Positions 44,966-64,000 of a stretch of 64,000 bases of DNA are shown in pieces (position 1 is the first letter of the stretch; every line of letters begins with the position of its first letter). Location: positions 62,001-126,000 of the forward strand of contig CDMY01000510.1 in NCBI GenBank assembly GCA_001179505.1, given 5' to 3'. The translations under genes were made by a program, and so were the position numbers. The notes beneath the pieces were generated by a model. That model worked only from the letters and a program-made list of their open reading frames with translations. It made no database searches and was not told the origin of the DNA. The DNA comes from Vitrella brassicaformis CCMP3155. Taxonomy: Eukaryota > Protista > Chromerida.

Positions 44966-45496
44966 TGGGATAGCACTGCCAGTGCATGCATGCGACCCGG
45001 TGGGCCAAACCGGGGGCGCCGGCGAGACGCGTCTCAGGTTCCGGAGAGCGCGTGTCGTCCATCTGTGTTGTCCTGCGGCCTGATGGAGGTGATCCGCCTT
45101 GTATTTTCATAGAATGAGAAACCGGGCTTGGCCGTTATGAAGCTCGCGCCACTTCCGTGAGGCTGAGGCGCTGAGCTGGGAGCTGACAGGGTGTACCGAC
45201 GTAGGCCACAGGAGCCGTATCAGGAAGCGCCACAGATCCCCATACCTTCCACGTAAGCAGCGAGCCGGCATAGACGTTAACCCGCGGGGCGGACGGGGCG
45301 TCCAGCAGGCCCTCCCTCTCTGTTGCGCGTGTGTGCTGTCAGATAAACACCGCTGTAGAGATTCCGAGATCCCGCGAAGGAAGTGAGATCGTGAAACACA
45401 TCGTGAAGGAAGATGAGAGCGGCGGGTGCGTTTGAGTGATGTGTGGGCGTGCTCAAGAGGCTGATGAGGCTTGCCGACAAACCTGAAAAGACCATC

Positions 45497-48400
45497 ATGG
45501 ACGCAGCTGACGACACCATGACCAGGTGAGCACAACGAACACCCGAACAAGACACCACACGTTGGCCCGTGACACGTGTGTGTGCTGCATGGATTGTGTC
45601 GTCTGTGTGTGTGTGCGTGTGTGTGTGTGTGTTGTGGGTACTGCAGTGTTGACACCAAGTGTGACAGCACGTCGACAGCGGCGGACACGCCGCCCGCTGC
45701 GCCGCACAAGAGCGACGACACCCCCAAGAGCTCGCTGATGCAGATATCCGAGGCCCTCGCACAGGGCAATCCGCAAGACCTGCCGCCAATTCTGCTCAAC
45801 CGACTCAAACACGCCATCCAAAAACTCAACAAGGTAAAGAACCTGGGTGTGACGATGGATGACAGACGCCACACAACTCGGGAGGGAGCGATGAACGGAC
45901 TGAACTACTTGTTGGTCTGGTCCGTCAATTTGTCTGTCTGCCAGGAGGAGGGCCGTGCCCTTCTAGCGAAGCTTGTCCCGTCCCCCGACAAGCTGCCCAG
46001 CGTGGAGAGCGTAGTGTTCGCCCCCAAGACCCCCGTACCTGCCCCTCCCCACTCCCCCACCTCCTCCGCCTCCCCTCCCCCCCCGTCGCCCCCTGGCTAT
46101 GAGGACGCGCCGCGCAGCGCGAGTCAACGGACCTGGATGACGCCGCCCCTGAGAAGTATCCAGAGCGACCTCGTGTGGCCTGCTAAGTGTGGAAGTTTGG
46201 AGCAGCTCAGTGTGCCGCGATCCTCGGCCTCCCTCGGTGACGCGCCCACCAGCACCAGCACCGGGTCTGGCTCGGAGAGCGGCCATGGCGGGAGCACTGC
46301 CAGCGGTGTGGCCAAGGGAGAAGTTGCCAGCCTACAGGCGCATCAGAAGGACGGTAAGTCAGTGAGGAATGAGTGCACCCTCCCTCCAGACACATGGGCT
46401 GATATATGCTGTCTCTCTCACGTGGATGTGATGTGTGCAGACACTGAAGAGTATCGTCACCTCCTGGAGCGCACCACGCAGTGCGTGCCCGCCCTGGTGC
46501 GGAGCCTTCCGCCACAGCTGACCGACTCGCCATCCACAGCCATCCCCCAGCAGCCCACCATCTCCACCGGGCCACTCCCGCCTCTCATGCCCCTCCCGCC
46601 ACCCCTCCCTCCCGCCATAGAGCCGCCGTCACTGCCCCCACCGCCCGAGGTGGTGCCCACCGAGCCGGCGGTCATCAAGGTGTATGCTGCCCCGGGGCAG
46701 CCTGGTGGAATGCCAAACACGAGCCAGCTCAAGGCGTGTGAGAGCGAGCTGGAGGGCGTGGCCAACGAAATGATGCAGAACGGCATGCTGCCCTCCAGAA
46801 TGGCCGTCAAGTGAGCTGACATACACAGGGTGGATGGAGGTGGGGGAGAGACGTGTGGATCGTGTGTGTGTGTGGTCGGTGCGCATTCAGGTTCAAGAAG
46901 CATTTGCGGACTCTGACGATGGAGACGACGGCCGTGCTGCGCCGCTCCGAGACCCTCAAGACGCAGAACGACACGCTCAAGAAGCTGATGCTCACGCCCA
47001 AGGAGGCCCCTCCCTCCCCCTCCCCCTCCTCACCCAGCAGCACCGGCACACCCGACCCGACACTGTCGATAGACCAGCTGCTGCGTGAGGTGGCCCTCAC
47101 CCCACCCCACGAGGCCACCGTGGCGGCGTCGCCCGTCATTCAGATGTTCAAGAGCCGGCTGCTGGAGCACATTGAGACCTACATCAACAAGCGCGAGCGA
47201 GAGCTCAAGGAGAGCGTCACAGTCATCCGGGAGAGGGACCAAGAGGTAGGTATCTGACACACAACAAACACGCCTTACACACGAGGGCGTTGAGCGGAAG
47301 AACATAGTGAGTGTGTGCCTTTGTTGTGTTCTGTGGGTGCCTGCAGGAGATGAATGTGTTGAAAGGCGAGGTGGACCGTCTGCAGGAGGAGGTCCCGCTG
47401 CTCAAGAAGACCATCGAAGCCATAGGCGACAGAGAGTGAGCCACCCACCCACCCACACACGCACACACACACACATACGTCGTCACTCATCACGCCCCAA
47501 CCCACCAGCCCACCACACTCGACCTCTCTCCCTCTCCCTCTCTCTGTGTGTGTGTGTCAGCCTCCACCGCATGGAGGATCGTGTGATGCGTGCACTGCGC
47601 GACTACCGCGACATTCGCGAAAACGACCGCAATAGGATCGAGGCCCTCGAGAAGGAGCGCAAGGAGATGGAGGAGACGCTCGAGCGGTGCAAGGTGGAGC
47701 ACCGCACCAACACCGCCAAAATCACCCAGTACTCCGACAAGGTCGCGCATCTGCAGCGGGCCGTGCGCGAGTACAAGGGGGCGGAGAAGCTCAACGCCAC
47801 CACCATGGCCGGACTCAAGATATTCACCGACGAGTGAGTGAGACAGACCTTCTTCCCAAACACTGTACAGTGGCTGCCTGGCTGTGTGTGTGTGTGATGG
47901 GTGTAGCCTGAAGGGTGCTCTGTCGAAGGTGTTGGGTGAGAAGCGTAGTCTGCAGCAGCAGCTGAGCGTCATGGAGCAGCGGCTCACGGCGTCCGAACGG
48001 GACGCTGCCATCCTGAGAGAAGAGATCAACCGGTCGGCACACCACACCACCAACCACAACCACACCGGGTGTCTGCACCCCACCCGTGCTGCACACTACA
48101 CTTGTGCGTGCGTCTGCCTGTGTGTGTGTGTGTGTGTGTGTCTGCAGTATGAAGTCATCGCCAGCCGGTGACCCCGTGTTCATCCAACGTGCTCGAAAAA
48201 GGTCGAAATAAGGTGGTGGTGCACACATGGCCACGCATAGCCATAAAAGCCGCCTGTCTGTCTGGATATGTGGCCCATCCCCCGTCAGTTTTGAGCAGGA
48301 GGTAGTCCACCGCGAGCGTATTGAGGCGCTGGAGGGCCAGCTCCGCACCCTACGCAACAACGAGAACCTGCAGAGAGCGGCCATCAAAGCCATCACCGAG

Positions 48401-48825
48401 TCGCTCCCCGCCGAGTTCCAAAAGTGAGCTGCATGAGGCCAACACACATCGGTGTCCTCTTCATCTCATCTGTCCGAGTGTGTCGGGTGGTTGGCTGGTT
48501 GCTTGCAGGCGTGATCGCGCTGTCAAGGCCCTGCAGGACGAGAAGAATGCACTCACAGAAGCGCTCAAGATGGGCAAGGTACACACACACACGCACACAC
48601 CTGCACACCAGCCACACACACAACACAGATGTGCCCATTCCACCTCCTTGGTCGCTTACTGTCTGTCAGCTTCGCGAGGAGAGCGCCCTATGTGCGTTGG
48701 AGAAGCAGACGAGCGAGGCGCAGGCACTGCGTGAGGAGCTGCATCGCATGAAGACCGTCGGGCCGCCCAACAGGACGTCGTCATCGGGATCGTCGCCCGC
48801 ATCCCTATTCCACTACCAACCGTAG
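45497..48825 (+). CDS. Pro/Ser-rich and long coiled-coil protein of unknown function, multi-exon
   Basis: MDAADDTMT start with GT donor. Heptad-rich exons (EHIETYINKRERELKESV; EALEKERKEMEETLERCK; SLQQQLSVMEQRLTASERD; ALREELHRMK). Final stop at 48823-48825. Confidence 0.7.
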
Positions 48826-51800
48826 AATAGACACGAACCGTCACAACACCGACAAGGTGAGAGGACAGCACACCTGATGGATGGATGGACAGCACGGAGG
48901 GTCGTCGTCTGTCTTGTGTTCCCACGTGGCTTCTCTCTCTCTCTCTGTGTGTTGCTGTTGGTGGTGGTGCAGGGTGGGTGGAGGTGGGTTGCCGCCTGTG
49001 TGTGTGTCATACCGACAGATGGGGCCGCCCGGCGTATGTGTGTGTGTCTGGAGAAGTGTTTTGTGTTCATAGCGAGCCGGGGAGGGCGGGCGGGCTGGCG
49101 GGCGGACAGACAGACAGGCCCAGGAGGCAAAGCGATGTAGTTGAAGGGGAGGGCTGGTTGGCAGGCAGGCAGGATGGATGGATGGATGCTGATACACTTA
49201 GCTTCCTTCCACCATTTTTATACCGACGAGAGGAGAAAATGGCTGGCCATACTGATCCTTATCCATCCATCCACCGATTCATTCATTCACTCATCACGCA
49301 TCCCACTCCACTTCCACCCACCACTCTCACTTTTCCAGCCTGTGCAGAGTGATTGAGTGTGTTGTGGTGCGTGCCAGGCCGTGGCCGGCCGGACCACATG
49401 ACATGCAAGTAGCCTTCCTCCTTTCACATAAGCCAGCAGCCAGGGCGGGCAGAAACAAAGAAAGAAATGGGCACTGTACTCCTGGATGGATGGATGGATG
49501 GATAGGGATGGACACAGCAGGACAGACAGACGAACCAAAGCGCCGAGGCGGAGGGACAGAGTGTGGGCTTGTCTCCGTGCAAGGCCCCTAGTGTGGGGAT
49601 CGGCCGGCCAGCCAACATTCCCCCTTCCCGTCGGGCCTTAATTCGATGTGGTTGATGCGTGCGTGGCTGCATGCATGAATCAAGGGATGGGCTGGGGGGT
49701 TGCGAGCCGGGAGGGGGCGGGGAAAGCAGGCAGGCAGGCAGGAAGGGTGTTTGTTTCTTATGTGAATGTCGAACGAACGAACGAACGAACGGTTTGTGGC
49801 TTATCCTTTCTCTTGTCGCTGTTGCGTGTCAGTCAGTCAGTCCGCATTTTTGTGCGATCGATTCGATTGTTTTATCCCTTATCTTATTTTCCTCCTCCTC
49901 CTTCCTCCTTCCTCCTCGTAACCTAACACAACATGTCTTTCTGGCGTCCATTGTCGTGTTTTTCGACATCTCAGTCAGTCCAGTCGGTATGTGTGTATGT
50001 GTATCTATCACTTCCTTTGCAATCCATGGTATAGATTGTATTCGATTCTTCGTCGGTTCGCTTGCGATCGATGGATGGACGGGCTGATGGGGCTTTTAAA
50101 GTCTACCGAATAAGCTAGCTAACTACTAACTAACTACTCCATCGCTCCCCTCCCCTCCCTCTTTCTGCCTACCAGAGAAGAGAGAGATCAGAAGAGAAGG
50201 GCCCCACCCCATCCTGAGATGATGATGATGATCCCGTGGGGGGAAAACACCCCTGCTGCTCTGCTGCTCAGATCGCCCACCCACTCACTCATGCGCACGC
50301 CTCATACTGACTTGACTCGCTTGCTGCGTACACACCTGGCTGGATACACACACACATTACATCACTTACACAGATGTGGTGCCTGGGGGGGGGGGGGNNN
50401 NNNNNNNNNNNNNNNNNNNNNNNNNNNNNNNNNNNNNNNNNNNNNNNNNNNNNNNNNNNNNNNNNNNNNNNNNNNNNNNNNNNNNNNNNNNNNNNNNNNN
50501 NNNNNNNNNNNNNNNNNNNNNNNNNNNNNNNNNNNNNNNNNNNNNNNNNNNNNNNNNNNNNNNNNNNNNNNNNNNNNNNNNNNNNNNNNNNNNNNNNNNN
50601 NNNNNNNNNNNNNNNNNNNNNNNNNNNNNNNNNNNNNNNNNNNNNNNNNNNNNNNNNNNNNNNNNNNNNNNNNNNNNNNNNNNNNNNNNNNNNNNNNAAG
50701 GGAGGGACGAGAGTGACTTTTCTTTGGCAAGAGAGAGGGGAGAGGGGAGAGGAAAGGTGGGAGGGAGGGAGGGAGGGGTCGACAAGCTACTACATGAGCC
50801 ACAGAGACAGAGAGGGGGCTATTTGCTACCGAACTACCCGGCGGATTATCCGACACACGCAGAGAGAGAGAGAGAGCGCCATGCATGCCCACCTTGTCCA
50901 GGTAGTGAGTGCATGCATTTACTTGCTAGCCTGCCTGCCTGCTTTCTTGCGCCGTGTGTGTGGTAGGGGAGCGATCAATCAATCAAGGGGAAGGGTGTCT
51001 GTCTGTGGTGTTTGTTCGTTGTGCTGTCGGGCACTTGTTCCTTCCTTCCTCGGTTGCCTGCCTGCGTCAGTGCTCCTTGCCTCTAAGGGGCGGGGGGCGG
51101 CATACGCAACGAACGAACAAAAGAATGATTGTATTTATGTGCACATCTTTGTATGCGTGTGCAAACCGAATGTGTGTGTTTGTGTGTGTGTGTGTGAGTA
51201 TCCATGAGTCAGTATCAACCAACCCACGTGTGTGTGGGGTGGGTGTGGGTCGAGGGTGCTGTCTGTTTGTTGGGTGTCTGTCTGTCTGTCCTTTTATCAA
51301 AACGGGCGGCCGGCCAGCAAACCCAACCCAACCCAGCTGATGCAGCAGTGTCCATGTGATGTGCTATCTTGCGTGTCCACTGACTGTCCTGTTGTGTGCA
51401 TGCTATCTTGCGTGTGATGTGATGTGCCGTGTGTGACCCATGTGATGCGTGTGCGTACTTTCGTATAGCATCCCTCCATCCATCCGGATATCCATCGTGC
51501 AGACAGACAGACTGACTATCATCCTTCTTCCTCCTCCCACCACAAGGGAGGAAGAATTTGCCTCACTGGCGGGGGGAACTCTCTTTGCTGCTGCTGTGAT
51601 GATACATGTGACCATGTGTGTGAGTACACTGCTTGCGCGCTTGATATGCTATGGTTGATAGACACCCTCACTCACTCAGTCACTACAACTGCTGCTCCTT
51701 TACGCCTGTGTGGGGCCGGGGACGGGNNNNNNNNNNNNNNNNNNNNNNNNNNNNNNNNNNNNNNNNNNNNNNNNNNNNNNNNNNNNNNNNNNNNNNNNNN

Positions 51801-52740
51801 NNNNNNNNNNNNNNNNNNNNNNNNNNNNNNNNNNNNNNNNNNNNNNNNNNNNNNNNNNNNNNNNNNNNNNNNNNNNNNNNNNNNNNNNNNNNNNNNNNNN
51901 NNNNNNNNNNNNNNNNNNNNNNNNNNNNNNNNNNNNNNNNNNNNNNNNNNNNNNNNNNNNNNNNNNNNNNNNNNNNNNNNNNNNNNNNNNNNNNNNNNNN
52001 NNNNNNNNNNNNNNNNNNNNNNNNNNTCACGGGGGTATTTGGAGTCCGTCGTATTGTTTTCTTGGTCAGAGTCAGCCACTTGACTTGTTCGTTCGTTCGC
52101 TCGGAATTCCCTCCTAATTGGTGCCGCACAGACTGGCAAGGGCAATGAAGGCAGGCAGTGCAGCAACTAAGTATACCGATAATTGGAGCGCGGGAGGCAG
52201 GCAGGCAGGGCGGGGCAGCTGCGGATGGATGGGTGAATGGATGGTCGGCTGGTTGGTCTGTATTTCAAATCGTTGAGTGAGAGAGACGGTGGGTGGGGGC
52301 GTGGGTGCGCGAGTGGAGGGTGGAATGGATGGATGGATGGATGCTGCCTTCCTGCCTGCCTGCCTGGTTGTCTGCAAAAAGAAAGACAGACCAAAAATGG
52401 CCGATCTACGCCTGCATGCTGACTGACCGACCTGCCCAATCGACAGTGACTGTCAACAACTTTATCTCTCTCGAGTGAGTCAACAGAGACAGACAACCAA
52501 GCCAACACACCAACAATGGTCCGCCCACACCAGCAGCCAGCAAGTGAACGAACAACCCTGCTAATCTACCCATTAGTCAGGCCCCTTACAGACACCACAC
52601 CATCCTCCTCTAATACGCAGCCTGGCCCGCTCGCTCACTGCTTCGACACGGCCGACTGACGCCGGCTGCCCCCACCCCCACCGCCACCGCCACTCCCTCC
52701 CCCGGTTGTCTTCCTGCTGCTGCCTGTGCCTGTGCCGGCC

Positions 52741-60948
<8,208 letters not shown>

Positions 60949-60983
60949 TTTAACCCCTCAAGCCAGAAGAACGAAAGGCTCGC

Positions 60984-61637
60984 ATGCGAGCTTTTGAGTT
61001 GAGATCGCAGAGTGCCAGCTCACAGCGCAGGATGAATAGAGATGCCATGACAGATGAGATGGATGTAGACATGAATGAATCAGACAATCAGATTGAAAAA
61101 CGGCGCACCGGCAGTCGCTCCGTGTCTGTTGAGAGCTACAGCCCTTCCTTCGACTTGTTCGTGGGCTCCGTGGCCACCTCCATCGAGGATCTGAAGCGAG
61201 GCGCCCTCTCGGCCGTCAGCCAGGCCGAAAAGGAGGCACAGCAGCTGGCGGACGACATAGACAAGATGGTGGCTGACAGGGGAGGGAGGAAGCGCGAGAG
61301 GGAGGGCATATCCGAGTATCTCCAGCTCAACGTCGGCGGTGAGTAAAGATCTAGAGAGAGGACGACAGATCTGTCACGATTGTGTCTTTTGGTGTGGCCA
61401 CTGGTGGGTTCAGGTCGTCTGCTTCAGTTCCCCTGGGAGGCTTTGTTCCACCCCGTGCTGCACCACACGCCCCTGGCGCAGCTGCTGCTGCACTTCACCG
61501 ATGCGCTGCCGCGCGATGCCGACGGCAGGCCGTTCATCGATGTGTTTGACGCTTATATCGACTGGCTCGCTGGTGGGTGGCAAACCCCTCCCTCACACGT
61601 GAAGTACACACACCGGTATGGGATGCTGCCGATGTCC

Positions 61638-61678
<41 letters not shown>

Positions 61679-63109
61679 GTGCGTGTGCAGATCAGGTGGC
61701 GATGATTCACGGCCGAATGATTGACAGGGTCGAGCTGGAGGACCAACCCGAGGCGACCGACCCGGCATTTTCGGAACCACATTCAATCCTCATGACGCAA
61801 CTGAACCTCGCTCCACCGGCAGCCACGGCCGCAGCCACGGCGGGGGACGGCAGCCGCACTCTCGAGGCGCTCAAGGAGGCCATGGACGACAAAGTTGCCC
61901 AGCTGCGGGAGGTCAAGCTGCAGTACGAGAAGCTGATGGACCTGCTCACGCCGTTCCTTCGCAGTGGTGATGAGGACGACGACACGGTGGTGAGCGTGAC
62001 GGTGCTGGGCAAGACCGTGTCGACCGTCAAGGCCACGCTCAACAGGCTGGGCCGCGAGCATCCCCTCTACAATAGATTCAACGCGTGAGCACACACTCAC
62101 AACAGACAGACAGACAGACAGACCCATGCGACCCATTCAAGCAAATATAGGTGTGTGTCTGTCTGTTGTCTGCAGGGGTGCTCTGCCGTGGAGCGGCAGC
62201 GAAGTGCGCAAGACATCGTCTGACCATTTCCGGCGCATCGTAGACTTTGCCCGGAGACAGCGGACAGCCATGGCAGGGACCGTGGTCAAATCGCCGGTGG
62301 TCAAGGTGTCGCTGATGCCCGTCATGAGGATCGACTGCGGCATGTACAACATGCGCCCGGCAGAGGTACGCGCCAACATCGCCTCGGCGAGCGAGATGGA
62401 CAAGATCGCCCGCATGACGGGCAAAGGCGACACACGCATGAGACGCCTTTACAAGTAAGGAGAGAGAGACCAGGCAGGCCAAGGAGCATAGAGAACCGTC
62501 TGTTCTGTTCTGTTCTGTTGGTGCGGTGGGTGCAGGTTGAGTCGTGACGGCAAGCTGTTCACCGACCTGCTGGGCTGCGTGGGCATGGCCAAGAGCCTGC
62601 TGCTCCTCATCCAGCACAACAAGCACCGCTTTGGGTGTTGGCTGGAGGGGCCCCTGGAGCAGCCCGACGACCCCCGAGGCGAGAAGCTGACCAAGTGTCC
62701 CATGTTCTTCGTCTCAATCAGCGGCGCCTACGACCACCCCACGCGCATCGACGTGCCGGCCAACGAGCAGCGTGTGTCGGTGGCGGGCACCGAGACGGGC
62801 GTCATGGATGCCAACGACTTGCCGCGCGCCAACATGTGCATCGCCACGGGGCGGCTGTGGATCGGCTTCGGCAGGTGGGCGCCATCGCCAGACGTCCGTA
62901 GTGTGCAGCAGTGGGTGGAGAGGGAGTTGCTGGGTACCAAGTACCGGGGCGAGATCAACCCCATGGGGAACGGCACTCTGGCGGAGGACGACAACTGCAC
63001 CGTGGACGAGATCGAGATATGGAAGGTTAGCGCCTCGTGTCTGTCAGTCCACCGTGCGCGTCTCATGTCTGTCGGTTCCTTCCCCTTTGTGCAGGTCGGC
63101 CTCGCATGA
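60984..63109 (+). CDS. BTB/POZ (x2) + TLDc-like domain protein (paralog B)
   Basis: LQLNVG|GRLL...DALPRDADGRPFIDVFDAYIDWL; VSVTVLGKTVSTVKATL...HFRRIVDFARR; LYK|...LLLIQHNKHRFGCWL...CTVDEIEIWK|VGLA. Collinear with 959-3109. The true start may be 61031 or 61047. Confidence 0.8.
61638..61677 (+). repeat. (TCTG)n microsatellite at an intron 3' end, representative of many (GT)n, (AC)n, (TCTG)n, (GGAT)n and (GGGA)n tracts in introns and intergenic DNA
   Basis: Directly visible. Other examples are (GT)n at 18388-18415 ending at an AG acceptor and (TG)n at 38880-38909. Confidence 0.95.
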
Positions 63110-63447
63110 GGGGTGCCGCCCGCCCGCTGCAGAGACCCTCGCCGCTCTCTCCCCTCTTTAGTAGTCTGTCTGTCTGTCTGGTGCGGATAGCATACGACTC
63201 TTATATGTGCGCGCTGTACGTACCTACGCCAGTGAATGAGTGTTATCGCATTTATTGGACCATTGCAATCGTGGCTTCGGTGTCCTGTATTAGTTTGTCC
63301 TGACGCTGCGTGTGGATGCATGTGTATGTGTGTGTTGCCTGACTGCATGGCTGCGTATCATTGGCTTTATGCAAATCGTGTTTGTGTACGTGTGTTCGTG
63401 TACGTGTGCGTGTGCGTGTGCGATGTGGCTGGTGGCAATAAATCAAT

Positions 63448-64000
63448 TCAATGGAAATCGACGTCTGACCCGCAGATCGACACCCAGACCCTCGCGATGC
63501 GTCTGTCTTCACTACCTCTTGGGCCTACTCTCTGGCGCGCGAGGCAGTTTACGTTCAGCGATGTAAACGGAAGTCTGAAGGCGCGAAATGGCCGCTGTTG
63601 CCGGTGCATTGCTGGGTCTGTGCGTTGCACATTCGGTGGTGTGCATCACCCCGAAAAAGGCCGACTCGAGCGGCTCTCTCCAGACCCAGCTCGATGAAGG
63701 CTACGGATGGCGGGAGCAGCAGCCCGTGGGCGGACTGCGGCAAGGCCAGCACAAGATCCGAGGCGCGACCGGCACCTTGCAACACAGAAATATCACCGGC
63801 AGATCCTTCTTTGCACAACCCATGATCGTGACGGAAAGCCGAGGCGTCTTGTCCCTCCCTGATGCAACCGACCATTCTGAAGGCTTCATCGGTGCCTTTG
63901 ACCGCCCGCCGCCTCCTCGCGCAGAAGCAGCCGCGGCACTCATCACCCCGCTCAATCGCAGCCAAGACGGCAGGCATCAAGATGAGGGCCTGACGGCCGT
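63448..64000 (-). mobile_element. Possible degenerate non-LTR retrotransposon fragment (C-terminal region, CRE/RLE-like)
   Basis: Microsatellite-free and intronless. Reads SVLQGAGRASDLVLALPQSAHGLLLPP...ELGL, then C..C...GH, then in a shifted frame NC...GPRGSEDRRIARVW. This loosely resembles the post-RT segment and Cys-His knuckle of RLE-type LINEs. No RT core is visible in the window. Confidence 0.3.

Noticed and set aside
48826-52740. Hidden gene or ncRNA in the long repeat-rich spacer (also 25458-28075)
   Set aside because: I found only microsatellites, gaps and short motif-less ORFs, and could not assemble a consistent exon chain or tRNA/snRNA signature. Transcript data would be needed.

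Overview
This is eukaryotic, GC-rich, intron-dense nuclear DNA with six 300-N scaffold gaps. It is most consistent with a photosynthetic chromerid alveolate such as Vitrella brassicaformis. That assignment is an inference from ApiAP2-type domains, plastid proteins with signal+Phe-start transit peptides, a flagellar DRC subunit and microsatellite-filled introns. I assembled about 21 spliced protein-coding genes by hand from GT/GC-AG boundaries and reading-frame continuity. In order: 3' end of an RG-rich gene; BTB-BTB-TLDc protein; multi-AP2 factor with a duplicated unknown domain; YlmH/Sll1252 S4 protein; small membrane protein; secreted Hint/Hog protein; large cadherin-like + TRP/FLC-like membrane protein; thylakoid pentapeptide-repeat protein; RPL27; phosphonatase PhnX-like; LSM8; type I surface protein; plastid-targeted SAM methyltransferase; TPR protein; CCDC153/DRC12; F-box-like gene with an internal stop; gustatory-receptor-like 7TM protein; GH16 hydrolase; coiled-coil protein; ISWI remodeler; second BTB-BTB-TLDc paralog. 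The most interesting signals are a hedgehog-type autoprocessing (Hint+SRR-like) protein with an unrecognised secreted N-domain, a 7TMIC/GRL chemoreceptor-like gene, introns with complementary AC/ACAG (5') and GT/TCTG (3') repeats, near-strict strand alternation with nine compact head-to-head gene pairs, and a 122-bp near-perfect hairpin in one bidirectional promoter. I saw no tRNA, rRNA or CRISPR array. All family assignments come from motif recognition by eye, not database searches, and some exon boundaries are approximate.
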